From a virus: 64,000 bases of DNA. Below are positions 27,392 to 35,877 of the stretch, one piece after another. Under the pieces are notes generated by a model, which was not told the origin of the DNA, ran no database searches, and saw only the letters and a program-made list of their open reading frames with translations. The stretch spans positions 2,858 through 66,857 of the IMG/VR virus record IMGVR_UViG_3300031840_000582. The stretch is one strand, 5' to 3'. Position 1 is the first letter of the stretch. The number at the start of each line of letters is the position of its first letter. A program made the translations under genes and the position numbers.

Positions 27392-28974
27392 TGTCTTATC
27401 AATTATCAAAGAAAGAAGCAATCAGAGAGATTGTTAAGTGTGGCAAAGACCCATCCTACTTTATTAACAACTACACTAGAATCTCTCACCCACTTGAAGG
27501 ATTAATTTCCTTCAAGACCTATCCTTATCAGGACGAACTGCTTAAGGATTTCAACGATTACCGCTTCAATATTATTTTAAAAGCTAGACAGCTAGGCATC
27601 TCGACTATTTCAGCAGCCTACATTGTCTGGCTAATGTTGTTTCACAGAGACAAGAACGTCTTGGTTATCGCAACTAAATTTGCGACTGCTGCTAACTTGG
27701 TCAAGAAGGTCAAGAATATCATGCAGAACCTTCCGCCTTGGATTCGTATTGCCGAGATTAAAATTGATAACCGCACGTCTTTTGTATTGACAAACGGTTC
27801 CGAGGTTAAGGCGGCTTCTACGTCTGGCGATGCTGGTCGTTCAGAAGCCTTGTCTCTTCTTGTTATTGACGAGGCCGCGCACGTTGAAGGCCTTGAGGAG
27901 CTGTGGACAGGCTTGTATCCTACACTTTCCACAGGTGGTCGTTGTATTGCATTGTCCACCCCAAATGGCGTTGGCAACTGGTTCCACAAGACATATGTCG
28001 AGGCAGAACAAAACGTTAACGACTTCCATCCTGTAAATCTTCCATGGGATGTCCACCCTGATCGAGATCAAGAGTGGTTTGAGAAAGAGACAAGAAATAT
28101 GTCTCGCCGCCAAATTGCACAAGAGCTGGAGTGCAACTTTAACTCCTCGGGTGAAACCGTAATCCACCCAGAGGATCTAGAGAGGCTGGTCTTCAGCGTG
28201 TCCGAGCCAATGTATCGAACAGGCTTCGACCGTAACTTATGGCTGTGGGAACAGTACAGTCCCGAATACACTTACTTACTAGTTGCTGATGTTGCCAGAG
28301 GAGATGGTGCTGATTTTTCTGTGTTCCACATAATTAAATTAGAGACCATGGAGGTAATTGGTGAATATCGCGGCAAACCCAACCTTGAGGAATTTGCTAC
28401 AATACTTGATACCACAGGTAGAGAGTTTGGTAGTTGTCTTATGGTGGTTGAAAATAATAGCTTAGGGATATCAATCCTAGAGAAGCTACAGAGTAAAGAA
28501 TACCCTAATCTATATTTCTCGGTGAAGGGAACGCACGAGTACATTGATCAGGTGCAAGCTTCGTCTATGACAAACTCAATCGCTGGTTTTACCACCTCTT
28601 CCAAGACCAGACCACTTATCGTGGCAAAAATGGAAGAATTCATACGAAATAAACTAATTACAATATATTCTTCACGACTTGTTGATGAATTCAAGACTTT
28701 TATCTGGAACAATAATAAAGCTGAGGCTATGAGAAGTTATCATGATGACTTAGTTATGGCATTAGCAATTGGATGTTGGGTAAGAGACACAGCACTTCAA
28801 ACAAATCAAAGAGAAGTAGAGTACAAAAAAGCTATGGTGGGGTCAATGATGTTAAAGAGCAAAAATTTTAGAACATTAAACCCCGGCGATAAAGACATTC
28901 AACAAGGCTTAACTAAAGAACAGAGAACAGCACAAAATCAGTACAGAGACTTTGTTTGGTTACTAAAAGGATAG
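27391..28974 (+). CDS. Terminase large subunit (T4 gp17-like)
   Basis: YPYQ adenine motif, KARQLGIST Walker A, LVIDEAA Walker B, STPNG motif III, nuclease ADVARG.G.D.S and HDDLVMA. Confidence 0.95.
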   Translation: MSYQLSKKEAIREIVKCGKDPSYFINNYTRISHPLEGLISFKTYPYQDELLKDFNDYRFNIILKARQLGISTISAAYIVWLMLFHRDKNVLVIATKFATAANLVKKVKNIMQNLPPWIRIAEIKIDNRTSFVLTNGSEVKAASTSGDAGRSEALSLLVIDEAAHVEGLEELWTGLYPTLSTGGRCIALSTPNGVGNWFHKTYVEAEQNVNDFHPVNLPWDVHPDRDQEWFEKETRNMSRRQIAQELECNFNSSGETVIHPEDLERLVFSVSEPMYRTGFDRNLWLWEQYSPEYTYLLVADVARGDGADFSVFHIIKLETMEVIGEYRGKPNLEEFATILDTTGREFGSCLMVVENNSLGISILEKLQSKEYPNLYFSVKGTHEYIDQVQASSMTNSIAGFTTSSKTRPLIVAKMEEFIRNKLITIYSSRLVDEFKTFIWNNNKAEAMRSYHDDLVMALAIGCWVRDTALQTNQREVEYKKAMVGSMMLKSKNFRTLNPGDKDIQQGLTKEQRTAQNQYRDFVWLLKG

Positions 28975-28978
28975 ATAG

Positions 28979-30949
28979 ATGGCTAGAAACTCAAGAAATA
29001 CTAGAAACCCAAGATCGGAGCTTTTTAAATCTTTAACTAAGCTACTTTCTGGACCAATCGTTAATCGTAGAAGCCAAACAGGCCGTCGCCTCCGTCGCCA
29101 TCAGCTTGACAGGTTTGCCACCCGGTTTGTTTCAGCGAGTGGGCAAGAGTTCAAAAAGAGTAACTATAATTCACTTGGCAACATGCAGCCGTCCTTGGTA
29201 TCAGGCCATAACCGTACAGAGCGGTATGTGGACTTTGATCAGATGGAGTACACACCAGAAATTGCGTCAGCACTAGACATCTATGCTGACGAAATGACTA
29301 CACATTCAGCCTTGCAACCGATGCTCGGCATTAAGTGTTCTAACGAAGAAATTAAAGCTCTACTACACAGTTTATACCACGATGTGCTCAATATCGAGTT
29401 CAACTTGTTTGGGTGGTGCCGCTCCATGTGTAAATACGGAGATTTTTTCCTATATTTAGATGTCGATGACAACGCTGGAATTAGAAGTAGCATCGGGCTA
29501 CCAATTCAAGAAGTTGAAAGGTTGGAGGGCGAAGATCCAACCAACGCTGATTATGTGCAATTTCAATGGAACACTGCTGGCCTAACACTTGAAAACTGGC
29601 AAATGGCACACTTTAGAATCTTGGGCAACGATAAGCATGCCCCATACGGCACATCTGTCTTAGAGTCCTCACGTCGAATCTGGAGGCAGCTAAGTCTTCT
29701 AGAGGACGCAATGATGGCTTACCGTATTGTACGGTCACCAGAGCGTCGTGTGTATTATGTTGACGTCGGCGCGATCCCTCCAAACGAAGTCGAGCAATAC
29801 ATGCAGAAAGTCATGACTCAAATGAAACGCAATTCTATTGTTGACGAAGGCACTGGGCGTGTTGATCTTCGATATAATCCACTTTCTGTTGAAGAAGATA
29901 TCTATATTCCACAAAGAGGCGGCACAAGCTCCAGAGTCGAGACACTACCCGGTGGACAGTTCACTGGTGACATTGACGACGTTAAGTATTTACGAGATAA
30001 ATTATTTGCAGCCCTTAAGATCCCAGCTTCTTATCTATCAAGAGGCGAGGGCTCGGACGAAGATAAGACAACACTTGCTCAAAAAGATATTCGATTCGCC
30101 AGAACAATTCAAAGATTACAGCGTTCTGTTGTATCAGAGCTGGAGAAGATTGGAATCGTCCATCTGTACACATTAGGGTTTCGTGGCGATGATTTAATTA
30201 ACTTTAAGTTGCATCTCAATAACCCATCTAAGATCGCAGAGCTGCAAGAACTTGAGCACTGGGATAAGAAGTTCGCCGTCGCAGGCGCTGCTACAGAAGG
30301 CTTCTTCTCACGCCGCTGGATTTCCGAACATCTATTCAGTATGTCTGATGAAGAATTCTTACGAAACCAGAGAGAGCTATTCTATGATCGTAAGTTTGAT
30401 GCACAGCTAGCAGCGGTTGCAGAGGCTGTAGCAGAAGAGTCCGCTGGTCTTGCAGGGCTTGGTGGTGACGCAGGTGGCGACCTTGGCGGGGATCTAGGGG
30501 GCGATCTTGGAGGAGACCTCGGAGGAGACGAGCCAGCAGCCCCTGAAGCCCCGGCTGACGAACCAGAGGATGTTCTACTAGCAACTCCACCACCGGGCCG
30601 TCGTGAGGATAAGCCAACGCAAAAAAGCTTAGAGCCCCAAGCCAAGGGCAAAGAATACCGTCCGGTCAAAGATAATCGTGATCGCAGACAAGCTGGGGCG
30701 GTGAAACGTCACCGTGCCTCGCAGGCAAACACAAATGTTGGCGATACTAGAAAGATTTTCCCCGGATTTACCGGCACTGGTGGGCTAGGAGAACTATCTA
30801 AAGGGATGTTTGAGGGCGAGGAATCTAGTTATGAGGAAAGGGATTTACTCGAAGAGAAAAAGATTCACAATCTCAATTACGAGGTCACCAGATTAATTGA
30901 AAACTTAGAAAATTCGGAGCTAAAGAAAAATGAAATTCAGACACAATAA
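28979..30949 (+). CDS. Portal protein (T4 gp20-like)
   Basis: LLEDAMMAYRIVRSPERRVYYVDVG, TLPGG, DDVKY...ALKIP, DIRFARTIQRLQ. Confidence 0.95.
   Translation: MARNSRNTRNPRSELFKSLTKLLSGPIVNRRSQTGRRLRRHQLDRFATRFVSASGQEFKKSNYNSLGNMQPSLVSGHNRTERYVDFDQMEYTPEIASALDIYADEMTTHSALQPMLGIKCSNEEIKALLHSLYHDVLNIEFNLFGWCRSMCKYGDFFLYLDVDDNAGIRSSIGLPIQEVERLEGEDPTNADYVQFQWNTAGLTLENWQMAHFRILGNDKHAPYGTSVLESSRRIWRQLSLLEDAMMAYRIVRSPERRVYYVDVGAIPPNEVEQYMQKVMTQMKRNSIVDEGTGRVDLRYNPLSVEEDIYIPQRGGTSSRVETLPGGQFTGDIDDVKYLRDKLFAALKIPASYLSRGEGSDEDKTTLAQKDIRFARTIQRLQRSVVSELEKIGIVHLYTLGFRGDDLINFKLHLNNPSKIAELQELEHWDKKFAVAGAATEGFFSRRWISEHLFSMSDEEFLRNQRELFYDRKFDAQLAAVAEAVAEESAGLAGLGGDAGGDLGGDLGGDLGGDLGGDEPAAPEAPADEPEDVLLATPPPGRREDKPTQKSLEPQAKGKEYRPVKDNRDRRQAGAVKRHRASQANTNVGDTRKIFPGFTGTGGLGELSKGMFEGEESSYEERDLLEEKKIHNLNYEVTRLIENLENSELKKNEIQTQ
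30461..30529 (+). repeat. GGD(L) tetrapeptide repeat x6 in the portal C-terminal tail
   Basis: Translates GGDA GGDL GGDL GGDL GGDL GGD(E), with synonymous codon variation. Confidence 0.8.
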
Positions 30950-31754
30950 AAAAAGAAATACCGCTTTTTTGTATGAAACATTAATTAAAGAACTAACAAA
31001 AGCAGTTGTAGACAAAGACATTGAAAGAAAGAACTTTATTGTTAAAACAATGAAGAAGTATTTTAATTCTAGAACTCCTCTTGGCCAAGAGCTTAGAATC
31101 TACAGAGATCTCAATGAGACAAGCGGTGTAGACTTGTATACAGCCGAAAGATTATTGATGGAGTCAAAGAAAGATTTCCACAATATGGATCGTAAAGAGA
31201 TTTTTAATTTACAAACCGAGCTTATCACAGAAATCAACAAGGCAATTGGAAAAGAAACATTTAACAACTTTGTGCCAAACTACAAGAGCCTAGCAACAAT
31301 CTACCAGATTTTCTTAAATCAAAGCTCCACTAAGGAGCTAATTTTGCTAGAGCGTAGAGTATTGTCCAATATGGTGGCCAAGACAAAAGATGCTGTGGTT
31401 AAGGATATGCCGCATGTTAACAATCTTACACTCAAGACGTTCATCACCAATTATAACAATAAATACTCAGAGTCTATCACTGAAGGCCAGCAGCAATTAC
31501 TAAACAAGTATATTCTATCATTTACAGACAACGGTCTTGAACTAAAGGCGTACCTTAATGAAGAGGTATCACGATTGAAAGGTGAGCTTGAATCTATTCT
31601 AGAGCAGAAAGATGTCTCCACTGATGTAGACCTACAAAACAAGTTCAAAGAACTGCACGCTCTTTTAGAGTCGTTCGGCAAAACAAAGGTGGACAACCAG
31701 ATGGTTACCAAAGTGCTGAAGATTCAAAAACTTATAAAGGAAGCTAAAGAATAA
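30930..31754 (+). CDS. Hypothetical head-assembly protein
   Basis: Helical 274-aa ORF between portal and protease. Confidence 0.5.
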   Translation: MKFRHNKKRNTAFLYETLIKELTKAVVDKDIERKNFIVKTMKKYFNSRTPLGQELRIYRDLNETSGVDLYTAERLLMESKKDFHNMDRKEIFNLQTELITEINKAIGKETFNNFVPNYKSLATIYQIFLNQSSTKELILLERRVLSNMVAKTKDAVVKDMPHVNNLTLKTFITNYNNKYSESITEGQQQLLNKYILSFTDNGLELKAYLNEEVSRLKGELESILEQKDVSTDVDLQNKFKELHALLESFGKTKVDNQMVTKVLKIQKLIKEAKE

Positions 31755-32311
31755 TGCCAGTATCAATTAAAATCGGTGATGAGCAAGAAGTGGAGCCTGT
31801 TGTAGCTCCCGAAGACAAGCCTGCGGTAAGTGTCAACCTAAATATTAGAAAGACCATGGACGGGGATTTGATGATCTTTGATCATGCTGATATTGATATC
31901 ATTATTATGAAGAAGAAGCAGAAGATTGTTGCGTTTCCTAAAGATATAATGTCAGAGGTTGTATACGGAGCGCAGGATAGGCTCTTTAAGTTTTTAATGA
32001 AGCGCGGCATGATTCAGATTGACTCTGTAGTAGGCGGCTCAATTTATGGCTCACTTCAAGCTGAACTGCTTCCGTCCTCTGAGTTTAACAATGTTAGATT
32101 AGCAATTGTTAACATTGAGAATTGGATTGACTCCGAACGCCCCTACTTTGAATTTGTCGAAGATTTCGAAGAGTTACAGGCAGACAGGCTTACAGATCCA
32201 TCAGATGAGGACTCAACAGAGTTGGGCGAAGTGCCACATGAAGAAACAAAGGGCACTCTACGACCGGGCTATAATTACGGCCCTTATTATCAATCATATA
32301 CATATGAATAG
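31754..32311 (+). CDS. Hypothetical protein
   Basis: 185-aa ORF, translationally coupled (TAATG). Confidence 0.55.
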   Translation: MPVSIKIGDEQEVEPVVAPEDKPAVSVNLNIRKTMDGDLMIFDHADIDIIIMKKKQKIVAFPKDIMSEVVYGAQDRLFKFLMKRGMIQIDSVVGGSIYGSLQAELLPSSEFNNVRLAIVNIENWIDSERPYFEFVEDFEELQADRLTDPSDEDSTELGEVPHEETKGTLRPGYNYGPYYQSYTYE

Positions 32312-32319
32312 AGGTTAGT

Positions 32320-32628
32320 ATGGAATTACTATGGTTTATGCTCGCTTGCTACGGCTTGACTTATCTTGTCGTGTATGCAAGCATTTTTAATAGAATACGC
32401 CCAAGCAAAGAGTGGCTTGGTGGTTTTGGTAAGTTATTTAATTGTACACTTTGCTTTGGCTTTCATGCTGGATGGTTTTTATTTGCCATAAACGAGTGGA
32501 CGGAACTATTTACTTTTGACTACACCTTAGCAAATTTCCTTATTTGTGGGTGTGTAGGTTCTGGGACATCATATTTTTTATCTATGATTGTAAATGACGA
32601 AGGCCTTCGGGTATCAAAGGAACATTAA
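32320..32628 (+). CDS. Membrane protein with CxxC (DUF1360-like)
   Basis: About three TM segments with LFNCTLCFGFHAGW. Confidence 0.5.
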   Translation: MELLWFMLACYGLTYLVVYASIFNRIRPSKEWLGGFGKLFNCTLCFGFHAGWFLFAINEWTELFTFDYTLANFLICGCVGSGTSYFLSMIVNDEGLRVSKEH

Positions 32629-32630
32629 TA

Positions 32631-33509
32631 ATGAAAATCTCTGAAAGCGAATTAAAACAAATTATTGTCGAATCTATTGAGCAAGAAGGCCTAGATGAGT
32701 CTGTTATGGACGCAATCCGAGGCACCTTCGGTGGTGTTAAGAGGGCAGTATCGGGAACTGGCAAAAGATTTAAAAGTGGCAAGTATGATACCGTAAAAGC
32801 TAGCACGGTCAAAAGATCTCTAGCTGCCCTTGAAAAACTAAAGGCCAGTGCAGCCGATTTTGAAGAGAGTGAAGAATTTAAAGCTGCGCTTGATTCTGCA
32901 ATCCAAAACCTACAAAGCATTAATGTTTCCGAGCCAACCGAGCCAGCCGCAGCGCCAACAGGCTCGGGAGACTCCGCAACAGCAAGACGATCAGCAGCTA
33001 ATGCCGCTGCCCGTGCCGCCCGTGACGCTGCTAGGTCAGGGGCTGCACCTGCAACCCCCGATGCCGGACCTGATGATGTTGACGTTGGAACACCAGAGGC
33101 CCCAGCCAGTGAGAAACCAAAAATCAGCGTTTTCAAAGGCAAGGGTGGCCAAGGTGTGCAATCCCAGATGTCACGAGCCGGTATTAGAGGAAAGGATATG
33201 GGTCGCATTCTAAAGGGCCTTAAATCAGACTTGTCAGCCGCTGGCTTTGATGTGTTGGAGGAAGCCGCTCGTAGAGAGATCTCACTAGAGAAGACTTTGC
33301 AAGCAATTGAGCAGATCGCAGATCCTGAACAAAAGAAGGCGGCAAAAACAATTATTATTAAACTTCTAAAGAAGAATAAAGTCAAGGTTGCTGATGCTCG
33401 ACTTAAGAGAGAAGAAGTTAACGAATCTGTAGAGAACAACCCAAAGGGCGTAATCAGCGAGCAATTGGTAGCGAGATTCGCTCAGATTGCAGGATTAACA
33501 AAGGAGTAA
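32631..33509 (+). CDS. Putative internal head protein
   Basis: MKISESELKQIIVES leader and several [LIV]-x-E sites. C-terminal RFAQIAGL matches the scaffold C-terminus RFQRLAGI. Confidence 0.55.
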   Translation: MKISESELKQIIVESIEQEGLDESVMDAIRGTFGGVKRAVSGTGKRFKSGKYDTVKASTVKRSLAALEKLKASAADFEESEEFKAALDSAIQNLQSINVSEPTEPAAAPTGSGDSATARRSAANAAARAARDAARSGAAPATPDAGPDDVDVGTPEAPASEKPKISVFKGKGGQGVQSQMSRAGIRGKDMGRILKGLKSDLSAAGFDVLEEAARREISLEKTLQAIEQIADPEQKKAAKTIIIKLLKKNKVKVADARLKREEVNESVENNPKGVISEQLVARFAQIAGLTKE

Positions 33510-33512
33510 ACA

Positions 33513-33563
33513 ATGCGACGTAGAAATATCCCAGAAGTTCGACGCTGTTGTAGCGGTTCCTAA
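33513..33563 (+). CDS. 16-aa peptide MRRRNIPEVRRCCSGS
   Basis: SD AAGGAG 6 nt before the ATG. The ORF fills most of the intergenic gap and is followed by a GC hairpin. Confidence 0.45.
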   Translation: MRRRNIPEVRRCCSGS

Positions 33564-33566
33564 CTC

Positions 33567-33595
33567 ACGCGGGTAGCGCCCGCGTTAATTTATTT
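33567..33595 (+). terminator. Hairpin, putative terminator or attenuator
   Basis: ACGCGGG-TAGCG-CCCGCGT followed by TAATTTATTT. Confidence 0.5.
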
Positions 33596-33605
33596 GGAGA
33601 TTAAT

Positions 33606-34220
33606 ATGGCAAAACAACTTTTAAGAGAATACTATGCCCTATGTGATGGGGGAGTCTGCCAAGACTTACTGACAGAACAAGAAAAGAAAGACATGTCCGA
33701 GGGCAAAAAGTTCTACATGACAGGCTGTATGCAGAAGTATAATACTCCAAACGGCAATGGTAGAGTCTACTCTAAAAATATTCTCCAGCGTGAAGTTGAG
33801 AACTATTGGAAGCTTGTTAGAGAGCGTAGGGCTCTTGGCGAGCTAGATCATCCTGATGATTCGGTTATCAACCTTAAAAATGCATCTCACCTCGTTATTG
33901 ATATGTGGTGGGATGGCGAAGCTCTAATGGGCAAGGTCGAGATCCTTAACACCCCATCTGGCAAGATTTTGCAACAATTAGCAGAGTCAGGCGTCACGCT
34001 TGGTATTTCATCAAGAGGCCTCGGCTCTGTTCGACAGGAACGAGGCAAAACAATTGTAGAAGACGACTTTCAGCTAATCTGTTTTGACTTTGTTTCGGAA
34101 CCCTCCACCCCCGGTGCTTTCATGCACGTTAAAAAAGGCATGATGGAACACAAGGAGCCAAATATCTTTACAAAGTCAGATAGACTATACAGATCACTAA
34201 ACGACATTTTGAGAGACTAG
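33606..34220 (+). CDS. Prohead maturation protease (T4 gp21-like)
   Basis: NGNGRVY, GELDHP (His), GISSRGLGS (Ser), DFVSEPS (Asp). Confidence 0.95.
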   Translation: MAKQLLREYYALCDGGVCQDLLTEQEKKDMSEGKKFYMTGCMQKYNTPNGNGRVYSKNILQREVENYWKLVRERRALGELDHPDDSVINLKNASHLVIDMWWDGEALMGKVEILNTPSGKILQQLAESGVTLGISSRGLGSVRQERGKTIVEDDFQLICFDFVSEPSTPGAFMHVKKGMMEHKEPNIFTKSDRLYRSLNDILRD

Positions 34221-34226
34221 AGAAAC

Positions 34227-34658
34227 ATGAAACGTTCAGAATTAAAGAAAATGATTATGCCTATTGTAAAGGAGTGTGTTCAAGAGACATTACTTCGTGA
34301 GGGGCTACTATCTAATATTGTATCAGAAGTAGCACAGGGCATGGGTAACCAATTTATTGTTGAGAACAAAGAAGAGTTGGTTCCACAATTATCAAATGAG
34401 AACAGCGTCCAAGCCGACCTAATGGCCGAAAGAAAAACAAAAGAACTAAATGCTTACAAACAAAAATTACTAGACCAGATTGGCAGTGATGCCTATAACG
34501 GTATTGACTTGTTTGAGGGCACAAAACCAGCAGCCCCACAGCAGTCCGTAACACAAGCAGCGAGTCCACTAGGCAACAAAGATCCCAATGATGCCGGTGT
34601 TGATATTTCAGGAATTATGGCTTTAGGTGGAAAAAATTGGAAAGCTTTGATGGGCTAA
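34227..34658 (+). CDS. Hypothetical head protein with a leader-like N-terminus
   Basis: MKRSELKKMIMPIVKECVQETLLRE resembles the IIKEE leader. Confidence 0.5.
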   Translation: MKRSELKKMIMPIVKECVQETLLREGLLSNIVSEVAQGMGNQFIVENKEELVPQLSNENSVQADLMAERKTKELNAYKQKLLDQIGSDAYNGIDLFEGTKPAAPQQSVTQAASPLGNKDPNDAGVDISGIMALGGKNWKALMG

Positions 34659-34685
34659 ACTATTTACAGGAAAGAGGAGTGAATT

Positions 34686-35228
34686 ATGGGAGATAAAACA
34701 GGATATATTGTTGATCACGGTCAGGGCACCGCAACTGGTTATCAGCACAGGTGGAACACGCCCGGAATCCGCAGCGTCGGATCATATCAGGTTGCAGGGC
34801 ATCCGTTTATCACAGGCTCAACAAACTTGGACAATAACAAGGTTCAAATGGTAGAGTTTCCGTTTGTATCTAAGTCGTTTACCGTAATTAACAATAACGT
34901 GAATAGCGGGGAAGATCTAAGAGTTCATTTCCAAAGTGGATCTAGTTTAGCGGGTAGCCCAATTACAAAACCCGGTGATTTTGATCAATCTGGTGGCACA
35001 ACAATAGCAGCCGCTGATGATGTAATTGCAGGCTTACATTTTATCACCGTGCCCGCAGGATTTGCTAGCGTAACTTTTGATGTTAAATGCAAGAGATTCT
35101 ATATTTCAAACGGCTCTGGTGTTGATGATCTCTCATATCAAGTTATGGCTGACCTAACGAATATTTCTACGGATCGGATGTACCACTTGACAGGATCAGG
35201 AATTACAGACCATCAAGACATAAGTTAA
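34686..35228 (+). CDS. Hypothetical virion protein
   Basis: ACTATTTA at 34659, SD GAGGAG, beta-rich with TGS/SGS motifs. Confidence 0.5.
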   Translation: MGDKTGYIVDHGQGTATGYQHRWNTPGIRSVGSYQVAGHPFITGSTNLDNNKVQMVEFPFVSKSFTVINNNVNSGEDLRVHFQSGSSLAGSPITKPGDFDQSGGTTIAAADDVIAGLHFITVPAGFASVTFDVKCKRFYISNGSGVDDLSYQVMADLTNISTDRMYHLTGSGITDHQDIS

Positions 35229-35246
35229 TACAGAGGTAATTAATTA

Positions 35247-35825
35247 ATGGGAAACTTTAGGCCATCAAGAACTATATTAGCAGGAGAGGAAACATCTCGC
35301 TTTACAACCGCTACCGCAGCAGGTGCCGGTTTTGACGGTGCTGCAAAAGTTGAAACTAAAATTCAAAAGATTAATGGCCAGATTATAACAACAATTCTTG
35401 TTGATCTTGAAGGCTTGGTGGTTTCTGGTACAGTTAAGGATATTATCGGTGAGGACGGAGCCGCAGCCGCTTTTATCACTAAAACCGAACTTGCTAACAC
35501 TGGGAAGATATACAAGGTCGAAATGGCTTGTGTCGAAGCACCTGCTGGAACAAACACTACTGCCGACATTGATTTGGTGGTGAGCACGGTCTCGCTGGCT
35601 GAAGACGCCACATACGATAGCTCAGGATCTTCGGTTGTCCTTATCGCGGCAGGAGGCGACTATACCGGTGGTATGTATAAAGTTAGTGCAGTTGACACAA
35701 ATATTAATGCTGCTTCATCTGTTGGTGGCCGCTTCCTGTATTTAGCTAACGGATCCGGCGCAAATTCTGGCGGGACTTACACGGCAGGCAAATTCATCAT
35801 CACGCTATTTGGTGCCAATTTCTAA
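35247..35825 (+). CDS. Hypothetical virion protein
   Basis: 192 aa, A/G/T-rich beta-type composition, within a late operon. Confidence 0.5.
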   Translation: MGNFRPSRTILAGEETSRFTTATAAGAGFDGAAKVETKIQKINGQIITTILVDLEGLVVSGTVKDIIGEDGAAAAFITKTELANTGKIYKVEMACVEAPAGTNTTADIDLVVSTVSLAEDATYDSSGSSVVLIAAGGDYTGGMYKVSAVDTNINAASSVGGRFLYLANGSGANSGGTYTAGKFIITLFGANF

Positions 35826-35877
35826 AGTTAACTCATCTTCTGACTAATTACTACAGTAATCGTTAGTAGGGTTTTGT

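Noticed and set aside
27580-27610. Terminase Walker A lacking the canonical Lys (KARQLGIST), suggesting inactivation
   Set aside because: Deviant Walker A motifs with an upstream Lys are known in terminases, and all other motifs are intact.
30461-30529. Portal GGDL repeat as a contingency locus
   Set aside because: The codons are diversified, so it is a protein-level flexible linker rather than a slippage tract.
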